Positions 28,661-38,448 of a stretch of 64,000 bases of DNA are shown here, one piece after another (position 1 is the first letter of the stretch; each line of letters opens with the position of its first letter). Source of the DNA: Bacteroidales bacterium. GTDB taxonomy: Bacteria > Bacteroidota > Bacteroidia > Bacteroidales > JAADJA01. The stretch lies in the NCBI GenBank assembly GCA_047920975.1, contig JBLRXC010000002.1:3061-67060 (forward strand). Direction: 5' to 3'. Below the pieces are notes generated by a model that was given only the letters and a program-made list of their open reading frames with translations, was not told the DNA's origin and made no database searches. The position numbers were made by a program, and so were the translations under genes.

Positions 28661-29323
28661 ATGAAAAAAGTATTAATGAGTCTTGCGTTCATGTTTTTCA
28701 TCTGGGCATCAAATGCACAGTATGATGCAGGTAAAATTCTGATGACAGGAGGTTTGAATTTTTCATCAACCACTCCGAAGTATGAAGTGAAATCCGGGGG
28801 TAGTACAACCACTACTGATGGTACTAAAATTACCTTGTTTGGCATCAATCTTTCAGGTGGTTATTTCATCGCAGACAATATTGCGGTAGGTTTGGGTATT
28901 GGCTTTGAAAATTCAAAATCAACTTCTGAATCAGACAATGCTAAAATGACTGACACGGATAATATGTTATCCGTTGCTCCATTTGCCCGCTACTACATTC
29001 CTTACTCTGATCAGTTTGCTTTCTTCGGACAGTTGACTGCCGGCTTTGGATTTGGAAAATCAAAAGATGAAGTGACCTCAGGGTCAACTACCACAACAAC
29101 GGAGACTGACAACAGCATGGTCATGGTTGGCATTTCCCCGGGTTTCAGTTTTATGATGACCGAAAAAGTGGGATTGGAAATGCGTTACGGATTTCTGGGC
29201 TGGAGTTCTTACACATCCAAAACAGAAGGTACCGGTGATGATTACGCTAAACTGACGACTTCAACATTCGGACTAAATCTTGACCTGAACTCTTTGGTTT
29301 TTGGAATCTCAGTCCTTTTCTAA
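28661..29323 (+). CDS. Small outer-membrane beta-barrel protein (OmpA-beta-barrel / OprF-like porin family type)
   Basis: Signal peptide (MKKVLMSLAFMFFIWASNAQ), alternating amphipathic beta-strand pattern, Thr/Ser/Gly-rich loops, and a C-terminal aromatic residue (VLF). Confidence 0.7.
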   Translation: MKKVLMSLAFMFFIWASNAQYDAGKILMTGGLNFSSTTPKYEVKSGGSTTTTDGTKITLFGINLSGGYFIADNIAVGLGIGFENSKSTSESDNAKMTDTDNMLSVAPFARYYIPYSDQFAFFGQLTAGFGFGKSKDEVTSGSTTTTTETDNSMVMVGISPGFSFMMTEKVGLEMRYGFLGWSSYTSKTEGTGDDYAKLTTSTFGLNLDLNSLVFGISVLF

Positions 29324-29343
29324 CAGGAAAAGCATATAAAAAA

Positions 29344-29377
29344 AGAGGCTGTCTGATAAAGGCAGCCTCTTTTTTTT
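29344..29377. terminator. Bidirectional intrinsic terminator between the convergent OMP gene and rpsA
   Basis: aaaaagaggctg ... cagcctcttttttttt: a GC stem flanked by an A-run upstream and a T-run downstream. Confidence 0.7.
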
Positions 29378-29410
29378 GTAAAAACAAGAAAATCATATGA
29401 GCGTGAGTTT

Positions 29411-31636
29411 CTATGCTTCTTTTTCCTTAGAACCCGAAGCAGTTTCCTGGTCAGAATCCTTTTCTTTAGGTTCTGCCATCTCATCTTTTTTCTTCGCTTT
29501 CGCTTTCTTTTGTTTTTCCATTGTTTCGAGCTTGGCCCTGGCCTCCTGCTCCATATCTTCTTTCAGGGTAGCCAGAATACCAATGTCTCCAAGGGTTGTC
29601 TTTTCGATACTATCTTTCAGTTTGCTGACAGCACTTCTTGTCGAGCGTTCTTCACCGCGTGCTTTACTCTCCTGTTTCGACTTTTCTTCTGCTTCAACAT
29701 CCTGAAAAACTTTGGAATGTGAAAGGATAATCTTTTTGTTCTCTTTGGAGAACTCAATCACCTTAAAATCTAGACTGTCATCCATGCTGATGGAAGTTCC
29801 ATCTTTTTTCCCGGTATGTCTTTTCGGGGCAAATCCTTCAACACCATAAGGCAGAGCAACTACAGCACCTTTGTCGTTGATTTCAATGATGGTTCCTTTG
29901 TGCACAGATCCAACAGAGAATACCGATTCAAAAACATCCCATGGATTCTCTTCCAGTTGTTTGTGACCCAGGCTAAGTCTTCTGTTCTCTTCATCCACAT
30001 CAAGCACAACTACTTCAATCTGCTCTCCGATTTTGGTAAATTCAGCGGGGTGCTTGATCTTTTTTGACCATGAAAGATCGGAAATATGAATCAATCCGTC
30101 AACACCTTCTTCCAGTTCAACAAAAATACCGAAATTGGTAAAGTTTCTGACAACTGCAGTATGTTTTGATTGTACCGGATAACGACCCTTGATGTCAATC
30201 CATGGATCCGGAATAGATTGTTTAATGCCCAGCGACATTTTCCTGTCTTCCCGGTCAAGAGTAAGTATAACTGCTTCAACTTCATCACCAACGTTTAGGA
30301 AATCCTGAGCTGAACGTAGATGCTGTGACCATGACATTTCAGAAACATGGATCAGACCTTCGACACCTGGTGCAATTTCGATGAATGCACCATAATCAGC
30401 TATCACAACTACCTTTCCTTTGACTTTATCGCCCACCTTCAGGTTTGTATCAAGCGCTTCCCATGGGTGAGGTGTGAGTTGTTTCAAACCGAGTGCAATT
30501 CTTTTCTTGTTGTCATCAAAGTCAAGAATTACAACTTTAATTTTCTGGTCGAGGTCAACCACTTCCTCAGGATGATTGATCCTTCCCCAGGATAGGTCAG
30601 TAATGTGGATAAGTCCATCAACTCCTCCCAAATCAATGAACACACCATAAGAGGTAATGTTCTTAACCGTACCTTCCAGAACCTGACCCTTTTCGAGTTT
30701 CGACATGATCTCAATCTTCTGGGCTTCAAGTTCATCTTCAATCAGAGCTTTGTGAGAAACAACCACGTTCTTGTATTCCTGGTTGATCTTTACGACCTTG
30801 AACTCCATGGTTTTTTCGACATAAATGTCGTAATCACGGATTGGTTTCACATCAATTTGAGACCCGGGAAGGAATGCTTCTATTCCGAATACGTCAACAA
30901 TCAATCCTCCTTTGGTACGTGATTTGACAAACCCTGTGATGATCTCATCATTCTCATGCGCCTTGTTGATCCTTTCCCAGGAGCGTAATATCCTAGCTTT
31001 TTTGTGCGACAGGATCAATTGTCCGGTGGAATCTTCCTGATTTTCAACATAAACTTCAATTTTGTCTCCAATTTTGAGCCCTTGATTGTAGCGAACTTCA
31101 TTGAACGGAATAACGCCATCCGATTTGAATCCAATATTTACAACGACCTCACGGGGTGTAATTGTAACAATGGTACCATCAAGTACTTCGTGATCTGCAA
31201 TGGATTTGAGGGTGTTTTCATAAAGGTTTTCAAGTTTTTCACGTTCAGTGCGTGTGTAATTTTCCTGTTTTTTCCCAATAGAATCCCAATCAAATTCTGC
31301 GGGTGGAATTACCGGAATATTCACCTCCTCTTCTTTCATTTCTGCCTGTTCAACTTCCGGCTGATGTTCAACCCCTGTTTCAGGTTTCTCTTCTGCTGCA
31401 CTTTCAGCAGTGTCACTTTCATCCGGCTCATTTGATGGTTTTTCACCCGGATCGGTTACTTCTTCAACTTCGGGAGCGGTTACTTCACCTGCATTTTCGT
31501 CTGGTGAACTGAGAGGAAATTCATCTGGTTTATCCTGGTTTTCAGTTGATTCCTCGGGTAGTTCAGTTTTAAGATTTTCTTCCAACTCCTCAGCCGGAAT
31601 CAGGGAATTCTTGTTGTCTTGTGTTTCTTCTGACAT
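29411..31636 (-). CDS. rpsA: 30S ribosomal protein S1 with long acidic N-terminal and Lys/Glu-rich C-terminal extensions
   Basis: Six tandem S1/OB repeats (for example GTIVTITPREVVVNIGFKSDG, GFVKSRTKGGLIVDVFGIEAFLPGS, GTVKNITSYGVFIDLGGVDGLIH). They are flanked by a Glu/Pro/Asp-rich head of about 110 aa and a K/E-rich tail of about 90 aa. Confidence 0.9.
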   Translation of the reverse strand: MSEETQDNKNSLIPAEELEENLKTELPEESTENQDKPDEFPLSSPDENAGEVTAPEVEEVTDPGEKPSNEPDESDTAESAAEEKPETGVEHQPEVEQAEMKEEEVNIPVIPPAEFDWDSIGKKQENYTRTEREKLENLYENTLKSIADHEVLDGTIVTITPREVVVNIGFKSDGVIPFNEVRYNQGLKIGDKIEVYVENQEDSTGQLILSHKKARILRSWERINKAHENDEIITGFVKSRTKGGLIVDVFGIEAFLPGSQIDVKPIRDYDIYVEKTMEFKVVKINQEYKNVVVSHKALIEDELEAQKIEIMSKLEKGQVLEGTVKNITSYGVFIDLGGVDGLIHITDLSWGRINHPEEVVDLDQKIKVVILDFDDNKKRIALGLKQLTPHPWEALDTNLKVGDKVKGKVVVIADYGAFIEIAPGVEGLIHVSEMSWSQHLRSAQDFLNVGDEVEAVILTLDREDRKMSLGIKQSIPDPWIDIKGRYPVQSKHTAVVRNFTNFGIFVELEEGVDGLIHISDLSWSKKIKHPAEFTKIGEQIEVVVLDVDEENRRLSLGHKQLEENPWDVFESVFSVGSVHKGTIIEINDKGAVVALPYGVEGFAPKRHTGKKDGTSISMDDSLDFKVIEFSKENKKIILSHSKVFQDVEAEEKSKQESKARGEERSTRSAVSKLKDSIEKTTLGDIGILATLKEDMEQEARAKLETMEKQKKAKAKKKDEMAEPKEKDSDQETASGSKEKEA

Positions 31637-31737
31637 GAATAAAAATTTGTATTCCGGCCCAACAGGTTTCCACCCGATTAATGGAAAGTCCGGTTTCGCC
31701 GGAAAGTGGTTAAATTAAACGTTTTAAATCGGGGGTG

Positions 31738-31745
31738 CAAAAGTA
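31738..31745 (-). promoter_or_regulatory. Bacteroidota -7 motif TActTTTG upstream of rpsA
   Basis: The reverse complement of caaaagta is tacttttg, about 100 bp upstream of the rpsA ATG at 31636. Confidence 0.45.
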
Positions 31746-31767
31746 GACTTTTTTTGAATAATCAAAC

Positions 31768-31775
31768 TATCTTTG
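31768..31775 (+). promoter_or_regulatory. Bacteroidota -7 motif TAtcTTTG upstream of ychF
   Basis: Exact TAnnTTTG match about 55 bp upstream of the ATG at 31830. It is arranged divergently from the rpsA promoter motif. Confidence 0.45.
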
Positions 31776-31829
31776 CCGAAAAGTTTCAGAAGATTTTGCA
31801 GTTACGCGAATTAATCAATTACAAAACTC

Positions 31830-32927
31830 ATGGCACTTAAATGCGGTATCATTGGTATTACGAACATTGGCAAGACCACTATTTTTAATTGTATTTCTAA
31901 AAACAAGGCTCATACCAGCCGTTATGCATTTAGCGCGTCCAGTTCAAACCGTGGGCTGGTTGAAGTGCCCGATCCCCGGCTTCAGGAGATAGCAAAGCTG
32001 GTTAAACCAGCAAAAATCACACCTGCTGCGGTTGAAATAGTTGATATACCAGGTTTGGCAAAAGGTTCGAGTCAGGGCGAAGGGATTGGAAATAAATTTC
32101 TTGACGACATTCAACAGGTAGATGCGCTGGTTCATGTTTTAAGGTGTTTCGATGATCCGAACCTTCCCCACATTGAAGGATCGGTCAATCCGGTGCGTGA
32201 TCTTGAAATTGTTGACCTCGAACTGCAGATCAAAGATCTTGAAATGGTTGAAAGGAAAATCGGTCGTGTAGAAAAAGTTGCAAAATCCGGGGATAAGGAT
32301 GCAAAAAGAATACTGGATCTCCTGGCAAAATATAAAGCACATTTTGAAAACTTTGAGAATGCACGTACACTTGAATTAACAGATACTGAGAAGACGCTGA
32401 TTTCTGACCTTTTTCTTCTAACAGATAAGCCTGTTGTGTACGTGTGCAATGTTGATGATGCATCTGCGGTTGAAGGCAACAGTTATGTAGAAAAGGTCAG
32501 GGGCGCACTTCATGGAAAGAATGCTGAAATCATTGTGATTGCCGGAGCATTGGAGGCTGATATTGCTGAACTTGATGGTGAGGAGGAGCGTTTGGAATTT
32601 CTTCGTGATGCAGGGCTTGAGGAGCCCGGTGTGAACCGGATGATCAGAGCGGCCTACCATTTACTTCACTTAAATTCATTTTTTACAGCCGGGCCCAAAG
32701 AGGTGAGGGCATGGACAATTAAAAGCGGAATGACTGCAAAACAGGCTGCCGGAGTGATACACAGTGATCTGGAGAGAGGTTTTATCAGGGCTGAAGTCAT
32801 CAAATATGCTGATTATATGAAATTTGGGTCAGAGCATGCAGTGAAAGAGGCTGGTAGAATGAAACTGGAAGGTAAGGAGTACGTTGTGGAAGACGGAGAT
32901 ATCATGTTTATCCGGTTCAATGTCTGA
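31830..32927 (+). CDS. ychF: Redox-regulated ribosome-binding ATPase YchF
   Basis: G1 motif GIIGITNIGKTTIFN, DIPGL, and the C-terminal TGS-like end VVEDGDIMFIRFNV. 365 aa. Confidence 0.9.
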   Translation: MALKCGIIGITNIGKTTIFNCISKNKAHTSRYAFSASSSNRGLVEVPDPRLQEIAKLVKPAKITPAAVEIVDIPGLAKGSSQGEGIGNKFLDDIQQVDALVHVLRCFDDPNLPHIEGSVNPVRDLEIVDLELQIKDLEMVERKIGRVEKVAKSGDKDAKRILDLLAKYKAHFENFENARTLELTDTEKTLISDLFLLTDKPVVYVCNVDDASAVEGNSYVEKVRGALHGKNAEIIVIAGALEADIAELDGEEERLEFLRDAGLEEPGVNRMIRAAYHLLHLNSFFTAGPKEVRAWTIKSGMTAKQAAGVIHSDLERGFIRAEVIKYADYMKFGSEHAVKEAGRMKLEGKEYVVEDGDIMFIRFNV

Positions 32928-32943
32928 GAGGGTTCATGGGTCC

Positions 32944-33867
32944 TCAGAAATAGACCGGATGGAACCGAAAACCATCAACTTTGTTATATTCAACGGTTGG
33001 AAACGGAATTTTAATGAAGTTTAAGCCGTTCAGCAGGAATTTCAAAAAATGAGCGTTGGTCCTTATTCTGGCCAGGTCTACATCAAGCGATAAAAAATAC
33101 TGCCTGTATCTTGTGTATTGCGGAAGTGGTTCGCCCTGAAAACGGGCAGGATTCATATTAGCGCCCAGCATCCCTTCACCACTGTAACCGATTGATACAT
33201 TCAACCAATGCGGAAACCTTGATTCCCGGGGAATAAATGATTTAATGTTTCCTGACAACCAATAGGTTTGGCCATTATAATCTTTGATGATACTTTCGGA
33301 AAAGTTCTGACCCAATTGATCGGGCCTGTATTTGGCATATTCTGTTGGATGGTATGAAAACTTCAGGTTGAGTCGTTGATCATCCCAGGCGAACTGCTGG
33401 CCGATAAATAATCCTGAACCAGCTGCATTGGCCAAGAAATCACCCCAGGATGCTCCCCATTGTGCGGAATACGCATCCAAAATTTCAATCACAGTCAGGA
33501 AAATAAAACCAGTTGAACCCCCGATTAAAATGGATTTGTTTCTCTCAATGCCTGCCCACCTGTACATTTCATAACCAAATTTCCCAAAATATGCTGCTGT
33601 AGTGGCATGGCCGACCTTATCCATTTGCAGCCATTCCTGGTTGTCATTAAAAAATTGAAAACTTGTCCTGGGATAATCTTTGTACCAGGCCTGGTATAAT
33701 AATGCCAGTGATCCCCCGTAAATTAAAGCCTGACCACCTGCAACATATAAAACCCTGTTGACAATGAGCGAATCGGGGTATTCTTTTACAAAATAGGTTT
33801 TTTGCTGTGATTTCACTGAATTCAGTGAGCACAGGGCGAATGTCATAAGCAAAAAAATCCTGACCAT
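32944..33867 (-). CDS. DUF2279 domain-containing protein
   Basis: Signal peptide, then WYKDYPRTSFQFFNDNQEWLQMDKVGH, which I recognise as the DUF2279 core. Confidence 0.55.
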   Translation of the reverse strand: MVRIFLLMTFALCSLNSVKSQQKTYFVKEYPDSLIVNRVLYVAGGQALIYGGSLALLYQAWYKDYPRTSFQFFNDNQEWLQMDKVGHATTAAYFGKFGYEMYRWAGIERNKSILIGGSTGFIFLTVIEILDAYSAQWGASWGDFLANAAGSGLFIGQQFAWDDQRLNLKFSYHPTEYAKYRPDQLGQNFSESIIKDYNGQTYWLSGNIKSFIPRESRFPHWLNVSIGYSGEGMLGANMNPARFQGEPLPQYTRYRQYFLSLDVDLARIRTNAHFLKFLLNGLNFIKIPFPTVEYNKVDGFRFHPVYF

Positions 33868-33921
33868 GAAAATACCTGAATGAAATGCGAAAATAATATT
33901 ATTCGTAAATCTTACCGGACA

Positions 33922-35007
33922 TTAATTTTTGATATTCAATGCATCCAAAGCCCGCCGGTATTTATTCGCATTGAAAGAATGTTGTTCATGGGTTCTGGCA
34001 AATTCATGATACCCTGAAAAATCATCTTTTGCACAGAAAAACATATAGTTATGATCTTCCCGGTTCAAGACCGCGTCAATGGCTGCTATAGAAGGGATAC
34101 AGATTGGCCCGGGTGGAAGGCCAAAATTCAGGTATGTATTATAAGGGGACTCGATTTGTTTATGGATATTCAGAACCCTGCGGATGCTGAAGTCTCCCCA
34201 TGCATATACCACGGTTGGATCAGCCTGAAGCCTCCAGCCATATTTCAGGCGGTTGGTATAAACTCCGGCCATGGTAGGCATTTCAGATACTTTAGTGGTC
34301 TCTTTCTCAATAATGGAGGCTAAAATACTTACTTCTACAGGTGAAAACCCTATTTCTCCAGCTTTCTTCTGCCGTTCTGCATTCCAAAAATTATTGTTTT
34401 CCAAAAACATCCTGTTGATAAAATCTTTGGCGTCAGTTGTCCAGTAAACTTCATAGGTGTTGGGTATGAATAGAGCCATTATATTGTCGGGGTTATATCC
34501 AAGGTTTCTGAGAAAGAGGGTGTCATTCAGTAATTGAATGATCTCTGCTGAATCAGCCTCAATTTGAGAGGATATCGTTTTCGCCAGTTGGTCCTTTGTT
34601 CTTAAATTGTTGAAGATAAGTTTCACAGGCTGCTGTGCTCCTGATCGCAGAAGGTTTATAAGCTCATTGTTATTCATTCCAGCCCTTATAAAATATTTGC
34701 CGGGTTTCACCGATTCTGCAAGTTTCTTGAGATTGGCAAGCCATTCGAAGGTTTTGCGGTTGATAACCAATCCATTGCCATAGAGCACAGTGATCAGGTC
34801 ATCATAACCAGAACCGGTCTTAATGTAAATGGCATGATCCTTACCATCAGGGACCCAGGTATTGGGCTTTAATAGCGTGATGTAGAGCTGGTAGGCACCT
34901 CCGGCCAATATTACCAGCAATATTAAAATTACAATCAGCAGAAACCTGATGACCGGTGATCTTTTTCGCTTCCTGGCACCACTGTATCTTGTGTGAATAT
35001 ACGACAT
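33922..35007 (-). CDS. mltG: Endolytic murein transglycosylase MltG (YceG-like)
   Basis: N-terminal TM anchor and a YceG-like domain with ILASIIEKET (catalytic Glu region) and YNTYLNFGLPPGPICIP. Confidence 0.85.
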   Translation of the reverse strand: MSYIHTRYSGARKRKRSPVIRFLLIVILILLVILAGGAYQLYITLLKPNTWVPDGKDHAIYIKTGSGYDDLITVLYGNGLVINRKTFEWLANLKKLAESVKPGKYFIRAGMNNNELINLLRSGAQQPVKLIFNNLRTKDQLAKTISSQIEADSAEIIQLLNDTLFLRNLGYNPDNIMALFIPNTYEVYWTTDAKDFINRMFLENNNFWNAERQKKAGEIGFSPVEVSILASIIEKETTKVSEMPTMAGVYTNRLKYGWRLQADPTVVYAWGDFSIRRVLNIHKQIESPYNTYLNFGLPPGPICIPSIAAIDAVLNREDHNYMFFCAKDDFSGYHEFARTHEQHSFNANKYRRALDALNIKN

Positions 35008-35084
35008 CTTTTAATTGTTTTTCATTAGCTCTCTCTAAAAACTGTTTTTTCAAAGTTTAGGCAAACGCATCAGATAGTTATTGG

Positions 35085-35609
35085 TTATTTGTTAATTAAT
35101 TGCAAAATAAGCTCATCTATCCATTGACCTTTATTATAAATCCACTCTTTTTTTATGCCTGCGACTTCAAAGTTATGCTTTTCAAACAAACGAATACTTG
35201 GGGTATTATCAACGGATATATTACAATAGACCTGATGCAGTTTTAAAATCTGAAAACAATAGTTAATGAGCAATTCAAGGGCTTCTGATGCATATCCTTT
35301 TTTCTGTTCTGCCCTGAGTATAAGAACTCCGATTCCAGCCCTTTTATTGACCGGATCAAAGTCAAAAAGGTCAATGGTGCCAATTGCACCGGGATTAATG
35401 CTGTTTTCCTTTTCGATCATCAGGCGAAGTTGCCTGGCTGAGAAAATATCATTCTGAGCACTCAAAATGTATTGTTCGAGTATAAATCTGGACACAGGGG
35501 TGATGGTATTGCTCAGATGCCATAATTCCTCATCATTTTCCCATGCATACAGCAGGTCAATGTCGGATGGCTCCAAAGCCCTTAAGCGGATGTTATTTCC
35601 TTTCAGCAT
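35085..35609 (-). CDS. GNAT-family N-acetyltransferase (RimJ/RimL-like)
   Basis: IRLRALEPSDIDLLYAWEND... with the acetyl-CoA motif region QKKGYASEAL. Its start codon directly abuts the upstream gene's stop (TGAATG). Confidence 0.75.
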   Translation of the reverse strand: MLKGNNIRLRALEPSDIDLLYAWENDEELWHLSNTITPVSRFILEQYILSAQNDIFSARQLRLMIEKENSINPGAIGTIDLFDFDPVNKRAGIGVLILRAEQKKGYASEALELLINYCFQILKLHQVYCNISVDNTPSIRLFEKHNFEVAGIKKEWIYNKGQWIDELILQLINK

Positions 35610-36956
35610 TCAGGAATAATTGTTAATTATCTCTTTGATCTTCAATAATTTTTCATGAAGCAACTGATTTGCATTGGCTTCTACGATTAAACGAAGGTAG
35701 GGTTCTGTGTTGGAAGGCCGGATATTGAACCACCAATCTTCAAATTCAATACGGTAACCGTCAAAATCAAAAAATGCGATGGGGTTATTCCCAGCCAGGA
35801 AATAATTCTTTAATGCATCCATGGTTACCTTTTTTTGTTCGATTCTGAAATTTATTTCACCTGAGCTGGCAAAGTTTCCAATTGAAGAAATTACATCTGA
35901 AACAGTTTTTCCCGCTTTTTTGAAATCATTGAATAATCCCAGCAGGATCAGGCAGGCCATGATACCTGAATCTGAAAAGTAAAAATCACGAAAGTAATAG
36001 TGGCCTGCCAGTTCGCCACCGTAAATTCCGTTGATCTCCCGGAGTTTTTGTGCGGCAAAAGCTCTTCCAACGCGCCACATATGTATCTTTCCGCCCATTT
36101 TTTCGACATGGCTCGATACTGCTTTAGAGGTGCGGATATCTTGCAGGACGTGTTCAACCGGACCGGACGGTCTGAGAAAGTAGTAGCCCAGCACTGCAAT
36201 GAGTAGGTCAGGCGAGATAAATTCTCCTTTTTCATCAACAAACATTACCCGGTCAGCATCACCATCGAAAATAACACCTATATCCAGATGATTTCCTCTG
36301 ACAATGTTTTTTAGCTGAACCAGGTTTTCGGCAACAAGCGGGTTGGGGTCATGGTTAGGAAACCTTCCATCCGGGGTCTCATTGATATACACAGGATTAT
36401 TTCCAAGCAGCTCCCGTATGAGCAACCCGGCCATGCCGTTTGAACAATCTACGGCTATTTTTATATCAGAGTGATCCTTCAGGTATTTCCGCTGAAATGA
36501 AATATAATCGTCTTTAAAATGAAAGGGAATCAGCTTGCCGGCATTTTTGGTCCGGGTCACAGGTGACTGGCTAATAATTTTCTGCTCAATCTCCTTCAGT
36601 CCGTTGTCGTAACCAACGGGTAAAGCTCTTTGGCGGGATACCTTCAGGCCATTATATGCTTTACCATTGTGTGATGCTGTAATCATGACAGAGCCATCAA
36701 AATCATAATTGGCTGTTGCCCAGTAAATCATGGGAGTGGTTGTTAAGCCGGCATCGTACACCTCACATCCTGCATCAAGCATGCCTGCAGAGAGCGATGT
36801 AAATATTTCAGGTGATGAAAGCCTCACATCCCGCCCTATAAGAATTTTCCGGCCTTTAAAAATCCGGGGCATAAAAAATCCGATTTTGTAAACATCGCTT
36901 TTATTAAAATCGATGTTGTAGATGCCTCTGATATCATATGCGTGGAAGGCACTCAT
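35610..36956 (-). CDS. Phosphomannomutase/phosphoglucomutase (alpha-D-phosphohexomutase family)
   Basis: Phosphoserine loop TASHNGKAYNGLK and Mg loop FDGDADR. 448 aa. Sugar specificity cannot be determined from the sequence alone. Confidence 0.8.
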   Translation of the reverse strand: MSAFHAYDIRGIYNIDFNKSDVYKIGFFMPRIFKGRKILIGRDVRLSSPEIFTSLSAGMLDAGCEVYDAGLTTTPMIYWATANYDFDGSVMITASHNGKAYNGLKVSRQRALPVGYDNGLKEIEQKIISQSPVTRTKNAGKLIPFHFKDDYISFQRKYLKDHSDIKIAVDCSNGMAGLLIRELLGNNPVYINETPDGRFPNHDPNPLVAENLVQLKNIVRGNHLDIGVIFDGDADRVMFVDEKGEFISPDLLIAVLGYYFLRPSGPVEHVLQDIRTSKAVSSHVEKMGGKIHMWRVGRAFAAQKLREINGIYGGELAGHYYFRDFYFSDSGIMACLILLGLFNDFKKAGKTVSDVISSIGNFASSGEINFRIEQKKVTMDALKNYFLAGNNPIAFFDFDGYRIEFEDWWFNIRPSNTEPYLRLIVEANANQLLHEKLLKIKEIINNYS

Positions 36957-36957
36957 C

Positions 36958-37413
36958 TTATACTATACCAGTTTTACCGTGATAGTTTCTGATAATATAA
37001 ACCTCATAATCTCCGAGAACTTGAAATCCATATTTTTGATAGAGTAAAATTGCAGCCTTATTATCTCTGTGAACCTCCAGTTTGATTTGTAATCCTCTCG
37101 CTTTTGCAAATCTGATGGATTCAGCCAGAAGTTTTTTTGCCACTCCATGGCCTCTGAATTCCTGTTTGACCCCGAAATGATGCAGATAAGCCCTTCGCCC
37201 GTCTACTGTTATCCATGATGTACCAATGACTTTTTTTGTACCAACAGATTCAGCGACTATCAGTTTACCGCCAAAGGATAGTGTCCGGCTGATGGTTTCT
37301 GAAGTATCTCCTCTCAACAGCCCACCCATGCCTGTTTCATCCCAAAGCTTTACTACTTCATCAAAGTCTTCTGTTCTGTAGTCACGGTTGATATATCGCG
37401 TATTGCTCATCAA
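36958..37413 (-). CDS. GNAT-family N-acetyltransferase
   Basis: 151 aa with the acetyl-CoA-binding motif region FRGHGVAKKLL. It overlaps the dapF stop by 4 nt (ATGA). Confidence 0.75.
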   Translation of the reverse strand: MMSNTRYINRDYRTEDFDEVVKLWDETGMGGLLRGDTSETISRTLSFGGKLIVAESVGTKKVIGTSWITVDGRRAYLHHFGVKQEFRGHGVAKKLLAESIRFAKARGLQIKLEVHRDNKAAILLYQKYGFQVLGDYEVYIIRNYHGKTGIV

Positions 37414-38198
37414 AGGTTGATTGTTACATCAAAAACATGTGCTACTGGTCCTTCAAGAGCCACATTTGTGAATTGATCTCCTGACCGCTTGAACCATACC
37501 CTTAACAGGCCTCCTTTCGTTGAAACATCGTAAAAGGGTTTGACAGTTTCCGTGGTCAGTGCGTAGGCAATCGCTGAGGCAGTAACTCCGGTTCCACATG
37601 AAAGGGTAATATTTTCAACCCCCCTCTCGTAGGTTCTGACAATCAATTGATTATTGCTGGTTCCGACAAAGTTGACATTGATTCCTTTTGGCTGAAACAT
37701 TTTACTCCAGCGTATTTTTTTTCCCTCTTTGCAGACATTGGTTTGATCTATATCTGAAACAAACCTTACAAAATGAGGGGAGCCGGTATTCATTATATAA
37801 TCATTTCCCTGTTTGATAATTTCGGTTACGTCCTGCAGGCTTATTCGTGCGATGATTTGATTCCCCGGCGTCTGAATGATTTCTCCCTGGTGTTTTCCAT
37901 CAATTGCCAGGAACTCACAGGAGTTGTCAATGATCCCAATTTTATTTGCAAAAGCTGTGACACAACGCCCCCCGTTGCCACACATTGTTCCTTCGCCGCC
38001 ATCAGCATTATAATACTTCATCTGAAAATCTGAATTACCTGAAGGAGAAATGATTATCAATCCGTCAGCTCCGATTCCATAGTTTCTGTGACATAACCTG
38101 GCAATCTGCGCACCTGTCAGGGAAATCCTCTCATCCAGATTGTTGAGGAGGATAAAATCATTACCCGTTCCATGATATTTTGAAAAAGATACTTGCAT
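37410..38198 (-). CDS. dapF: Diaminopimelate epimerase
   Basis: KYHGTGNDFILL N-terminus and both catalytic Cys loops (MCGNGGRC and LSCGTGVTA). 262 aa. Confidence 0.9.
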   Translation of the reverse strand: MQVSFSKYHGTGNDFILLNNLDERISLTGAQIARLCHRNYGIGADGLIIISPSGNSDFQMKYYNADGGEGTMCGNGGRCVTAFANKIGIIDNSCEFLAIDGKHQGEIIQTPGNQIIARISLQDVTEIIKQGNDYIMNTGSPHFVRFVSDIDQTNVCKEGKKIRWSKMFQPKGINVNFVGTSNNQLIVRTYERGVENITLSCGTGVTASAIAYALTTETVKPFYDVSTKGGLLRVWFKRSGDQFTNVALEGPVAHVFDVTINL

Positions 38199-38448
38199 AA
38201 AAAACTGAATTTAAACACATGCCAATTCTGAAGTTTTTCTGCCAATTTGACTCTTTGAATTTGAATGTTCAAAGTTAACAATATTTAACAAACCCTTGAA
38301 AATAGTATAAAAGAGCTGTCGTTTCGTGTTTTACTGTTTGCAAATATACATGAATGAAAAAATATGGAATCTCCGGGAACAGAAATTGATTCCTTATACC
38401 GGTGAGAACAAAATGAATATGTTAACTGTTACTTAAAAAGTGTACAAT

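Noticed and set aside
29397-31718. Plus-strand ORFs 29397-29705, 31004-31435 and 31410-31718, antisense to rpsA.
   Set aside because: They mirror the low-complexity charged extensions and the repeats of rpsA, giving Ser/Phe-rich nonsense.
38350-38436. A 28-codon upstream ORF (MNEKIWNLREQKLIPYTGENKMNMLTVT) in the htrA leader.
   Set aside because: It has no promoter motif, no recognisable peptide features and no way to test conservation here. It is probably a chance ORF in AT-rich DNA.
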